Assembly (NCBI RefSeq): GCF_009914755.1
Contig: NC_060929.1
Direction: 5' to 3' (one strand)
Source: the human T2T-CHM13v2.0 reference genome, Homo sapiens
Length of the DNA: 64,000 nt
Translations under genes and position numbers: made by a program
Shown here: positions 39,436 to 57,689 of the stretch, piece by piece
Numbering within the stretch: the first letter of the stretch is position 1
Layout of the letters: each line of letters begins with the position of its first letter
Notes under the pieces: model-generated
What the model saw: the letters and a program-made list of their open reading frames with translations, nothing else
Databases searched by the model: none
Told to the model about the DNA's origin: nothing

Positions 39436-39999
39436 AGCTGGAAGCAACATCTGATGTTGCAAAACGCTGCAAATATGTTGGAGGGATTGCTTTATTCAGA
39501 CAAATTTAAAATGAACTAAAAAACATGCGTAGCTTAACATTTTTGTTGAAAAGAAACAACAAATTGAGGCCAATTTCCTTCAAAAAACTATGCAAAATTA
39601 TCTTTTGGGGAATAATTATTTGCTTGAAATCTGCTGCACACTTGACCTTAGTTTTATACATGATGTGTAGTTGTTCTTGGCATACAAAAAAGTGTGGTCT
39701 CTGTAGCTGAGAGGCAGTAGTATGTTCAATAAACTCCAAAAGAGATTTGTCATAAGGATTGTTTAATTTTCTCATTTATATAATTCAGTTCAACAAAACA
39801 GCAATAACAATAACAATACCGATATAAACTCTGAGAATTTAAGTTTGTCCCATATCCTCAATGTGTTCCCCATTTTCAACACAATCACTTTTTCTTTTGG
39901 TGCTTTTGTGTCTTTGTTTTGGAAACGTGGATAAGAATAACAATTTGCTTTATGAATCTATTGACTTACTCTCTATTTTTAATTTATAAGTTGTATTAT

Positions 40000-44060
<4,061 letters not shown>

Positions 44061-45953
44061 GCCTCCACTCCCAAAATCTTTGAATGAGGATAGTGAAAGA
44101 CAACTTGAAAGTTTCTGGTTGTGGCAACTGATTGGATTGTGATTTCAATAACAGAAATAGAAAATTCAGAGTCAGGAATTTATGCATGTGCATGGAATGA
44201 TACTAAGTTTGTTTGGATGTTGTTCATTTTGAAGTGCCTTTGTGGGTAAGCAAATTGAAGAATTGCAGAAGTTTTGGAATGTAAGTCCCTGAACACTTGT
44301 CAAAGGGCAGAGTAAGAGCTGTAAAATTATATGTTGTAACTGTTATTGTGGTACTTTGGTTTTAGCTTGTAGTACCTGTACAAAATACCCAAACAGAATG
44401 TCCTTATGCTACCATATATATTGGCTGTTTTTAACAGCTACTTAGTAATATTTTCAGTGGTTTACTTTAAGTACAATCTTTGGCTTAATATTCTCTTTCT
44501 ATTTTATCCTTCAGTTATCTTGCTCAATATCAGTTACTTCCTCGAGGCAAACAACCCCAAAGTGAGGGAAAACAAATGAGGTCTTTTGTTGACAAACTAC
44601 ATGGAAAATATCAATGCATGTACATGGTAATAGGGATATTTTTAAGCATTTATTTTGATAGTGCCCAAGTTTCAATGAAAAGAGTAACATAAGATGATGT
44701 TGCAAGGGCAATTTGGGACTGGATAAGAAAAAATTGCCAGGCCAAGGATCTTTGGAATTCTTTTCAGTGGATAATAGAAAGCCTTTATAGTTTTAAGCTG
44801 GAGAAATTGGATATGTGCTTTAGGGAGATTCATTTGGTCAGAACTTTTAAGATGGGTTGGAGAAGAGAGGCATCGCTGGCACAGATTCTAATTTGTGACT
44901 CATGCTAGCCTCAAGGTGGGAAGTAACTGACAAATTAATAACTTTCAATTGTTCTTTCTAGTAGTGATTACAAAACAAAAGCAGGGAACAATTCATAACC
45001 ATTTATATTTGGCTTTATGCTTTGTAGAGTCATTCTTTCAGTTTGCTTCTGTTTTTACTATGTGTGTGTGTGCTTTTTCTTTTTCTTGCTGTGAGCCACT
45101 TCTTACAAATTAGATTTGATATAAAATCAGTTTAAGAAATATCCATTAACTCTTAGGTGTTAAGAGCTGCCCTATGTTATCCAAGTTTAAAAAATTAAAA
45201 GAAAGTGGCCTTCTCTTCAAAGAGGTTTAAGTATAGATGGATAGATAAAACATGGATTTTACTAAATAATCGGAAAAAGATTCTATGTTCTTTGCACACC
45301 TCAATTCTATTATAGTACTGAAGACAGAGCAGGTGGCCTGAAAGTATGTGAATGAAGGTGGCCAGAATGCCACTACATTTTACATGGAAATTATCCATTT
45401 GCAGCTGCAGTTAGAAGATTAATGAGGAAATGGGTGTACACAGAAAACATCTAAATGACCATATTTTTACATTTAGAAAGTGCTGGTGACACAGGCCCAC
45501 ACCATCTGTTGGCTTGGCAGCTGTGACAGTTGACAACATTGCTCAACAAAGAGCCAGGATTCACTTTTGGGAGGATAAATGCACAATTAAGCATGACTGG
45601 GGGAGCTTGTGAACATGGGTTAGAGTGGTAAGCCTAGAATAAACTTCTTTGGTTTTTATGTCCATCCAAGGCTTGGAACTCCGAAAAGTCCCCTTCAGCA
45701 ACATCTTCTTATTTCTCTTCACCCCAAATAAACCCTGATCTTGACCCTCACCACAATCTCAAGGCCTCAAGCCTTTCTTGTCTAGGTTCCCATGCCTCTC
45801 TATTCAACTAAACCTCCTTTATAACCCAACACAGTTTTCGCAGCCTTAACTTCTGCCCAATACATTTGTCAATCTCCAATTCTGAATAAACTCCATTCTC
45901 AATGTTCTTGAAACATCTATGTTTGTTTACTGCTAAGTACATTTGTGGGAAGG

Positions 45954-46328
45954 TGATACGGTTTGGCACTGTGTCCCCACCCAAATCTCATGTCGGTTCA
46001 TAATTGAGGGAGGGATCTGTAATCCACATGTGTTGAAGGAGGAAGGTAATTAGATCATGGGGGCGATTTCCTCCATTCTGTTCTTGTGATATTGAGTGAG
46101 TTCTCATGAGATTTGATAGTTTTATAAGTGTTTGAAAGTTCCTCCTTCACATTTCTCTCTTGCCTGCCACCTTGTGAAGAAGGTGCTTGCTTCTCCTTGC
46201 ATCCTCCATGATTGTAAGTTTCCCGACACCTCCCCAGCCATACAGGTAAGTCAATTAAACTTCTTTCCTTTATAAATTATCTAGTTTCAAGGAAGTTCTT
46301 TACAGCAGTGTAAAAACAGACTAATACA
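45954..46328 (+). mobile_element. MaLR solo LTR (MSTA/THE1D-like)
   Basis: tgatacggtttggc..tgtgtccccacccaaatctcat...ccatgattgtaagtttcc...cagactaataca. Confidence 0.9.
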
Positions 46329-47454
46329 GAGGATAAATTTATGAGTGAATCTATTTTAATTTCACATAGACATACCAGTAAGACTATTAGTCTGAATCCC
46401 TTATCTGTAAATCTAATACTAAATCTGATACTACCTTCCGAAAATTAAGTGGTTTTGTGATTTACCTGGTGACAAAATCTGGCATAGCTTGAACTAATCT
46501 GTTAACAATCCCTTAATCTGAACTGACCTAGGGCTATCATTTACTTAGTTCTCTTGGTGCAAATACTAATATTTCACTGAAGAAATATGTGATTGCAAAC
46601 TCATTCCTTTTATCATTTTTGAGATGACACATATGTTATTTTTATGTCATTATGTCTGTAAAACAAAAATATGGATTCTGAAGTGTATACGGTCTCAAAG
46701 TTTATTTAACTTTTGGAGGGGGACCTGAATGCATTTAACTTTATGGGTTACAAATACTTCCATGTGTTACCTTGGGTAATCCTTACAATAATCCTGAGAT
46801 GTTATTAATGCATTACTGCAACCATTTTCTTTAGATGCAATGACCGAGGTTTAAAAAATGTGAAGTCTCTAATTATATAGCTAGTAAGCAAGAGAGCTAG
46901 GATTTGAAACTGGGTGTTTTTTCTAGTTCCATGCTATTTCAGAATTTTTCCTCTAATAGTTTCTGTCTATTTTTATTATAAAATTAATCAGAGGTTTTAG
47001 TAGAAAGTGAAAAATCTGAAAACTAGAAATAAAGAAATCAAAACCACTCACAACTTAGAAATAACATTGTTGTGAACATTGTGTTACTTTTTTGATCTGT
47101 GCATTCATAATATATCTTAAACAAAATTGGTATATCCATATGTAGTATTTTTTATTTTTACTCACCTAAATTATACACACATTCTAATGGCATTAAATTA
47201 TCTTCTGCATCACAATATTCTCTATTTTCTTTGAGCCTCTGGTGCAGAGAATTCAGGGTGCATTCCCACTTTCAAAATTTGTAGGGTCCTCCTCATTCCT
47301 GGTCCCCACTCCTATTCTACCTCACTCCTCCCACCCCCACCTTTATAGACACTCATTCTCACGTGTCTGATAGATGACCCTAGATATATGGATATTTATA
47401 TGAAACAAATGTTATATAGATTAAAAATTTCATGTTTTCCAAACTAAATCATAA

Positions 47455-47820
<366 letters not shown>

Positions 47821-47982
47821 TGGATTTGTGATTTTTTAAAACTGTGGTTAACTGTTTCATAGTATCCATGGTGATTATTTATCACCATTATTTAATTGGT
47901 AGATACTTCATAATTATAAACAATGCTGTGAGGGATATCTCTGAACATGTTGCCCTATGAATCTGAGTAAGAATCTCTGGGC

Positions 47983-50194
47983 GAGCCAAATCATGAGTGA
48001 ATTCCTATTCACAATTGCTACAAAGAGAATAAAATATCTAGGAATACAACTGACAAGGGATGTGAAGGACCTGTTCAATGAGAACTACAAACCACTGCTC
48101 AAGGAAATAAGACAGGACACAAACAAATGGAAAAAACATTCCATGCTTATGGATAGGAAGAACCAATATCATGAAAATTATATTGGGCCTCAGAATCAAT
48201 ATCATGAAACAATAGAATCAATATCATGAGAATCAATATCATGAAATATCAAAAGTCAATATCATGAAAATGATATTGGGCCATACTGCCCAAAGTAATG
48301 TATAGATTCAGTGCTATCCCCAATCAAGCTACTGTTGACTTTCTTCACAGAATTAGAAAAAATTACTTTAAATTTCACATAAAACCAAAAAAAGCCCGTA
48401 TAGCCAAGACAATCCTAAGCAAAAAGAACAAGGTGGGAGGCATCATGCTATCTGACTTCAAACTATACTACAAGGCAACAGTAGCCAAAACAGCATGGCA
48501 TTGGTACCAAAACTTATATATAGACCAATGGAACAGAACAGAAGCCTCAGAAATAATGCCACACATCTACAACCATCCAATGTTTGACAAACCTGACAAA
48601 AACAAGCAATGAGGAAAGGATTCCCTATTTAATAAATGATGTTGGGAAAACTGGCTAGCCATATTCAGAAAACTGAAACTGGACCCCTTCCTTACAACTT
48701 ATGCAAGAATTAACTCAAGATGGATTAAAGACTCAAACATATGACCTAAAGCCATAAAGACCCTAGAAGAAAACCTAGGCAATACCATTCAGGACATAGG
48801 CATGGGCAAAGACCTCATGACTAAAACACCAAAAGCAATTGTAACAAAAGCCAAAACTGACAAATGGGATCTAATTAAACTAAAGAGCTTCTGCATAGCG
48901 AATGAAACTATCATCAGTATGAACAGGCAACCTACAGAATGGGAGAAAATTTTTGCAATCTATCCATCTGACAAAGGGCTAATATCCAGAATTTACAAAG
49001 AACTTAAACAAATTTACAAGAAAAAAACAAACAACCTCATCCAAAAGTAGCCAAAGGATATGAACAGACACTTCTGGGGCCAACAAACATATGAAAAAAG
49101 CTCATAATCACTGGTCATTAGAGAAATGCAAATCAAAACCACAATGAGATACCATCTCATACCAGTTAGAATGGCGATCATTAACAAGTCAGCAAACAAC
49201 AGATGCTGGAGAGAATGTGGAGAAATAGGAATGCTTTTACACTGTTGGTGGGAGTGTAAATTAGTTCAACCATTGTGGAAGACGGTGTGGTGATTCCTCA
49301 AGGATCTAAAATCAGAAATACCATGTGACCCAGCAATCCCATTACTTGGTATATACCCAAAAGATTATAAATCATTCTACTGCAAACACACATGCACACA
49401 TATGTTTATTGCAGCACTGTTCATAATAGCAAAGACTTGGAACCATCCCAAATGCCCATCAATGATAGACTGGATAAAGAAAATGTGGCACATATAGACC
49501 ATGGAATACTATGCAGCCATAAAAAAGGATGAGTTCATTTCCTTTGCAGGGACATGGACCTTGAGAGCTTGTTTGAAGGTTCTAGCAGGAGAGCACAGCT
49601 ACTCGTGTACCCTTGACCAAAGACTGGTCCTCGTCTATCAGGGATGATCGTCCTCTTTGACAGAGCGCGCAGCTTTGGGAGGGACGCACGTGGAGCGGTG
49701 AGAGAGGAAGGGGACACCCACCTAGCCAGCCAGATCAGCTGTATCAACCCTGGCGATCAATGGGGTGACAAATGTCGCAGCCAGATTGCCCTCACATCCT
49801 GCAGGGACATGGATGAAGCTGGAAACCATCGTTCTCAGCAAATTAACACAGGAACAGAAAAATCAAACACCACGTGTTCTCCCTCATAAGTGGGAGTTGA
49901 ACAATGAGAACACATGGACATAAGGAGGGGGACATCACACACTGGGGCCTGTCAGGGGATGCAGGGTTAGGGGAGGGATAGGATTAGGAGAAATACCTAA
50001 TGTAGATGACAAGTTGATGAGTGCAGCAAACCACCATGGCACATGTAAACCTGTGTAACAAACCTGCACGTTCTGCCAATGTATCCCAGAACTTAAAGTA
50101 AGATAATAATATTAATAAAAAATAAGATAAATTAAAAATAGGAGAAATACGTTTTGAGACCTATGGAACAGCAGGGTGACAAAAAAAAAAAAAA
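47983..50194 (+). mobile_element. 5'-truncated L1PA (about PA7-8) with a 7SK insertion and a short 3' extension
   Basis: ORF2 3' part (SQIMSE...[13 protein letters not shown]) and 3' UTR to about 50100; TSD AAGAATCTC(AC)TGGGC at 47969-47982 and 50193-50208. Confidence 0.95.
49554..49799 (-). pseudogene. RN7SKP: 7SK snRNA retropseudogene, 3'-truncated and tailless
   Basis: Reverse complement reads GGATGTGAGGGCAATCTGGCTGCGACATTTGTCACCCCATTGATCGCCAGGGTTGAT...AAACAAGCTCTCAAGGTCCAT, about 7SK nt 1-246. TSD TGCAGGGACATGGA at 49545-49558 and 49800-49813. Confidence 0.97.
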
Positions 50195-50600
50195 GAATCT
50201 CACTGGGCTCTGTACTTAGAGCATGATTTCCCAGTCGTAGGGCATACACAGTCGAATTTCTACAAGTAATGCCAGATTGTTTTTTTTTGACACATGTGCC
50301 ACTTAAGCCTCTCATAAGCAATGCCGAAGGATGTTCATTTCACTAACTCTAGGAATGACCCAGGTTTTGAAACTTTTTGAAATCTTGTGAGTGTCAAATG
50401 GGATATCATTCTAATTTGCATTTCTCAGTGCCAGTGAATTTATGAAAATCTTTATATTCTGTTCATCCATCTGTGGTGCCTTATCTACAAATTGCTATTT
50501 CATACCCTTTGCGCATTTTCAATTGAATTTCTGTCTTTTAAAAAATTTATATTCAGTTGCTTACATAAATGTGACATATTTCATTTTATGGAAGTGTTAA

Positions 50601-50939
<339 letters not shown>

Positions 50940-51419
50940 CTACAGTTTATTTTACCTATTTCCTTGGTTGAATATTTTGATTGGATTCATTGGTTGACAC
51001 TTTATATAATGGTGCCATGAGTATTTCAGTACATTTGTATATACCTCTATTTAGTTCTTAAACCATTTTTTTTAAAGAAAAAGAAAAAGAAGTACTGAGA
51101 TTCAATAGTTCACGTTTGTTTAAAGTGTTAGGTAGGTTATAAGAAATTAGTTTGCATCAATGCACACAGTGTATGAGACTTCCTAATTTCCCAAACCCTT
51201 GCCAACCTTGACTAGTATCTTTATCTGAATAATTACTAATTGTTAAGTTAGTATCTTTGAGTTTCAATTAGCATTTCTTCAGTAACTAATACATTGACTA
51301 TCATGCTATCAAACTCTTTATTGATGTGCCAGTAACACAGGATTTTAATTATGCATATTAAAGATTTGCTTTTATACTGTATAGAGCTGGTCTCCCTCTT
51401 TACTGTTTTTTTTTTTTGG

Positions 51420-52490
51420 CCAGAATTTTCCTGTATATTCTTCTTTATTTTTTCATTTGAATTTTAGAATTAGTTTTTCTGGTCTCCTCTTATGAAGTTC
51501 AGTGAGTTTTGTTTCTGTTTTAGGATTTCGGTTAAATGTATATATTACTTTTGACAGGATTGAATCTACAATATTGAGCTTTTCTAACCAAGAACATGAC
51601 ATCTCTTCAATTAGCTTAAGCCCTCTTTATTCTTCAAGACCCTTCAAATTTGCTTCATATAGATCCTTCATATTTCTCACTTAGTGTATTTCTAGGTGCT
51701 ATATCTTTTTTTAGAAGGAGGGAAGAAGAATTGCAATTTTTAATGAGATTTATTCCCCCATCATAACTTCTAAGTTGTTTGTATATATTAAGACTATTGA
51801 TTCCTTGTATTAGTCGTGTATACTGAACTCCTTATTAAATTCTATTATTTTTTGTAATTGCTTTCCTGTTAATTTGCATAACTGGAAATATAATGTCACT
51901 GTTTGTAATAATACCATCTGCAAATAATGGTAATTTTGACTCCTTTACAATTTTTTTCTCTTTAGTTGTTGTTGTTGTTGTTTTCTGTTTCCTAGTTGCA
52001 TTTCCAATACTCCAGAAAAAGGTTAAATAATAATAGTGGCTACACACGCCTTTGTTTTATTTGTGATTCTGAGAACACTTCAAGTGCTTCCTCACATTTT
52101 GAGATAGCATATGTTATGATATTAGACAGTAACCATTTATTCTTATCTTAATAAATAATTTTTGATTTTTAAAGAAATAATTTTTATTTTGTTAAAAAGT
52201 TTTTCAGCATCTATGAAGATAAATACAATTCTTTTTATAGATATTAGACATTTTAATTAATATTCTAAAGTTTACCTGCACTTTCATTCCTGGAATAAGC
52301 TCTGCTTTGCCATGATTTATAATTATTTGAATGTATTTCTGGATTCTGTCACTTAATATTGTATTTATGATTTTATTTATTTAGAATTTTAAAGTGATAT
52401 TTATAAGTAAGATTGACATATAGGTTGATTTCATCTAACATTTCTGAACTTTTGATTTCAAAGTTTTGTTTATTTCATTAAAAATTATTC
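51420..52490 (-). mobile_element. Ancient L1M ORF2 relic
   Basis: ataccatctgcaaataatggtaattttgactcc gives KESKLPLFADG (decayed RT motif) on the minus strand; tttttcagcatctatgaagat. Boundaries approximate. Confidence 0.7.
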
Positions 52491-52494
52491 AGAT

Positions 52495-52980
52495 GCACAT
52501 GGGTGGAATTTTAGAAGTTATGCTAACTGAAATAAGCCAAACACAGAAAGACAAATACTACATGTTCTTACTTACATGTAGAATCTAAAACAATTGAACT
52601 CATAGAAGCAGAGAGTAGAATGGTGATTATCAGAATTTGGGGTCGGGGGAATGGGGAGATGATAGTGAAAGGGTACAAAGCTTTCTCTATCATCAGTTAG
52701 ATCATTTTTTGAGATCTATTGCACAGTGTGGTGACTATAGCTAATAAATGAGTACTATACACTTCAAAATTGCCAAGAGAGTAAATTTCAAATTTTCTGA
52801 ATGTCCAAAATGTTAAATATTTGAGGTGATGGAGATGTTGAGTAGCTAGATTTAATCATTTCCACGTTGGAATCATAACATCATAGGAATCATAGGAATC
52901 AAGGAATCATAACATCACTTTTTGCCCCATAAGTGCACACAATTATATTTTGTCAACATATAATAAAAAGTTATATAAAA
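52495..52980 (+). mobile_element. L1MA-type 3' end fragment
   Basis: gaaataagccaaacacagaaagacaaatac...gaagcagagagtagaatggtg, similar to 43350-44060. Confidence 0.88.
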
Positions 52981-55900
52981 AATTTCAGAAAACGTTGTTT
53001 TAAATTTTCCTATGTAAGTAGAACTATGTAGTAGAAATTCGCTCTAAAATTTGTGGTCTAGAGCTTTTGAGGGCAGTAATATTTGATCAATTTGTGTGCA
53101 CTGGCTTGCACACTCTCTCTTTCTCTCTCTCTTTCTCTCTCTCTCAGTGGATCTCAACTGAGAGTGGCTTAATTTGGATTGAAAAAGGTGATTGCTGCCA
53201 TCTGTGGTTTCTGTTCTCACTGTATTGTTACTTGTATGTCTTATAACTTCTGACTGCTTGCTTATCATTGTCATCGGAAAATTATTTGTGAATGATCCTG
53301 AGGTCTGAAATAGGTTTCCTTCCTCCAAGAGGCTTCTGCTACTTCCATGGGCACTCCCAATCAGGACTGCCTGGATTACTCAGGCTCTGTACCTGAGGGA
53401 AGGCATAACTTCTGTCCCATATCCTTTCTGTTTTACTTTCTGGTTCTGCTTAGCATCACGTCAGTTCTTCCCATCTTTTATAGTATTTGGAGTGAGTAGT
53501 GGTAGTGAGGGGAGGGAGAGAGGGTTCTAGATCTGCTTTGCCCTTGTTCTGAGTTGCACTTGGGGCCTTGGCTCAGTATAGGAGGATTCCAAGTATAGTG
53601 GGCCTTGTGCGTTGGCCTGTTTTTTCTCTAATCCGGGGATTGAAGCCACAGAACCAGAACCATGTTGTGGTATAAAAAGACGCCCTCTAAGCAGAAGCAG
53701 CTTTACTGCTCTGATACTGCGCTTACTTCTCTTGCTAAAAACTTGGCTTGGGACTTTCCACTTTCTTTTAATATTAATATTTTACTGCTTTTTGTTTTAA
53801 TCTTTATTTTAGACATCATGATTAGACATTTTCAGTGGGGAGAGTTGATTTGAATAACTGAGTCTGCTGTTAATGGAAATTAGAACTTTTTCTCAAATTA
53901 TTGTTACCCTCTCTTTATTTCCACTTGACTGTTTTTTAATATCCCCATTCCCTAGTTATATTTAGCAGAGCTCCAGTGTTTCTCCTGATTCTACCTTAAT
54001 TTAATACATTTTTACATTTCTATTTCACATTTTCCTGAATTTCTCCAGCTTGCATTCCTTTTCTTTCTATGGTCTTGACATATCATCTCTGAGCTCCTGT
54101 AACTCTGCTTTTTGCTTACATGTCATAGACTTGATTGCAGCATAAGAGTTTTAATATTTGTGGTGAATCCAAGGTCACATTTTCTGATGCATTTTATTGG
54201 TCAGCCATTTCTTCATATCATTTCATTCCTCCTGTTTCTGTAGAATATCTTGTACAGATTTGGGGATTGCTCATTTTGTTTGATTACTCATATTTGAAAC
54301 AAGCAAATTTTTCCTGGCCCAGCTATTTAATGGAGTTTCTGTTGGGGAGGGATGATGAAGATAGACCAGTATTTTCCCTGTGATCTGAGATTTGTTTTAG
54401 ATTTAGTTTCTCCCATATTAAGGATATAGATATCAGGAGACAGATAATTCAGAATGTAACATCTTTTTTCTCTGCTTCCAAAAATATAGATTAATTTATG
54501 AACTTATGGTTTGCTCATCTGATGAGTTTCCAAGTAGGTGCTGCTGTGTCTGGCTGTTTGATAGGAGCCTCATCTGGGGACACCTCTGTTACCAGCCCAC
54601 ATGCCTCTTTGGACTGCTGTCAACCAAGAATTCAAACACGTTCCACCCCTCAGCTTCAGGGGTGTACTCTGAGCAGTTGACTCTCTGAGGCCATAATCTT
54701 GCTCCATTCCTCCTCTACACAATTTTTTGCTTTCCCTCCATTGCTTTTGGCAATCCTTTGACATGTCTTAAGATTTGAGGCTTTAGCTGTCTCTTCATTT
54801 AGCTGAAAATGGAATGTGCATGTTTCCTTTGTTGCTTTTAGAGAATTTCTTGGAAGAGAAATGTTGAAATGCTGACTTAATGACTTTATTTCCAAACCAA
54901 AAGTTGATTAAGAGACATTTTTCTATATTTTTAAATTTCATGAGTAAATTTTAAATTTGTCAAACGCCCCTTGTGCATCTCTTATGTTTGGAATTCAGTG
55001 GTTTTGAAGAGCACATATTAAATTGTAATAACGTTGTTGTAGAATATCCCAAAGTGATCACACAATTTTTACCCTTTGACCTGCTGATGCAATAAAATAT
55101 ATTAGTACACCTGTAATATTAAATCTATCTTGTATTCCTCAAATAAATTTCCCTGAAAAGCTAACAATAAAATAAGAAAAGGTAGATGCTCAATAAATAT
55201 AACTGAATGCCTTGTGTATATCATCTTTTTCAATCCTCACCACAGTCCTCTGAGATCAGTACTATTAATATTTTACAGTTGGGAAATGAAGAGTTGATGA
55301 AGCTAAGTTGTGTAAGTTCACAAAGCAGTGCAAATGCCAAACTCAAGCTTTAAACAGGTTGGCTGACCTCATAACCCACCATTTTATTATTTTAATGTGC
55401 TAGTAAATTTAATTTACTACCATTCATTTACCCTTTTAAATCTTTTCCAATACATCTGTAAGATTTTGGTGTAATGGTTATTTTTGCTTTATAAAGTGAA
55501 ATGGAGAGTTTTACAATTTTCTGCATTTTTTATTGGAGAGGCAATGGAAGGCTGTAGTTATTTCTGCCTTAAACATTAGATGGTTATCACTTATAAAGCC
55601 ATTTAAATACAGTGACTAATTTTAGAAGAAATTCTTCAACATTTATTTCTGTTATTCCTAATGCTGTCATTTTTTTCAAGATATCTTTTTTCTTTTTAGA
55701 AAAGTTTTGGTAATTTTATTTTTCTACCACTTGTTCTCTTTTATTTAAAATTTCCATGTTTTTATAATACATAATTTATGTATATACATACATATATACA
55801 TGCCTACCTATATAATATATATCCAGATAAATAGGTAGGTAAATATGTAAATCCTCAAATGTGTTGTCATATTTTTGACTTGAATTTTCCTTTCTTTTCT

Positions 55901-56009
55901 TGTGCTCTTTTCTTGATTTACAAGGCTTAAGATTCCCTGTATCCCACTCTAAAACCACCTCTTAGACTCATCAATTTTTGCTTTTGTTTGTTTGAATGTA
56001 TCTTTGTGA

Positions 56010-56290
<281 letters not shown>

Positions 56291-56749
56291 CTAAAAATTT
56301 TCTCATAGTTTTTCATCAAATATGCTTTAATGTTTTCTTTCTAAAGCTTAAAGTTAAAAGTTAAGTATATTTTCTTTCATTTCTTTTAAGATATTGATTG
56401 AATTTAAAGGTATAAATTTCTTTCATTTAGATTTAGCTTTTTTCTATATTAAAGTTATATTATTATTATTATTTCTAAAGAGCTTATAATTATAGTTTTG
56501 ATTTTCCTTTTTTAAAAACAGTTTCATTTGGTAAGTTAAAATTTTTTTTATTGTTTAATTCTACCTTTATTGAGTTGTTATTAAAGAAAGTGGTATATAA
56601 TTTCTACCTTTGAGAATTTATGCCATCCTTATTGCCACAGAATGAAACCAATTTTGGTAAATGTTCCATAATCTCTGGAAAATAAGGTGGCTTCTGGGTA
56701 TGTGAAAAACTATTCTATATACAGCCATGCATTATATTTGAAACCTCAA

Positions 56750-56756
<7 letters not shown>

Positions 56757-56805
<49 letters not shown>
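56757..56805. repeat. (TA)n microsatellite, ~24 units
   Basis: Directly visible. Confidence 0.97.
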
Positions 56806-56807
<2 letters not shown>

Positions 56808-57318
56808 CTTTTGTTGCTTCTTCTGTCAAAAGCTGAGACTGGTATGTTAAATTTTTCTCATTCATTGTGTTTCTAAAAATCTTATTCTCTGTAATTCTGA
56901 CAATTTTTGATTACTATATTTCAATGTTGTGGTACTACTGAAGATTCAGGACTCACATTTTAATGTCTTTTTCTACATTTAATTTTTGTTGATATAAATG
57001 ACTTTTTAAAAAATTTTTACCTTGATTATCAAGCTTTGGTAATTTTTCCAACCTGATATTTTTGTTCGTTCTTTCTGATGTATCCTTGTTTTATGCCCTC
57101 CCACACACGTCTACATATATATTTTTGTTTTTATTTCTGTGATTTGAGAGGAAACATGTACAGTGAGACCTTATCAAATATACATTTATGTGTTTTATCT
57201 CTTTTAAGGAGGACATAAGAATCATCTCAGATCACGTGGAGGGCCACTCTTGGAAGTACACCAATGTCGAGTCTCTTAAGGTGTGCTCCCCCAGAACTGT
57301 TTGGCACCTTGGAGTTGA

Positions 57319-57689
<371 letters not shown>

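Noticed and set aside
48155-48285. Repeat-spacer pattern resembling a CRISPR array
   Set aside because: Units are about 11-16 bp with irregular, locally derived spacers, inside a primate L1, with no cas genes.
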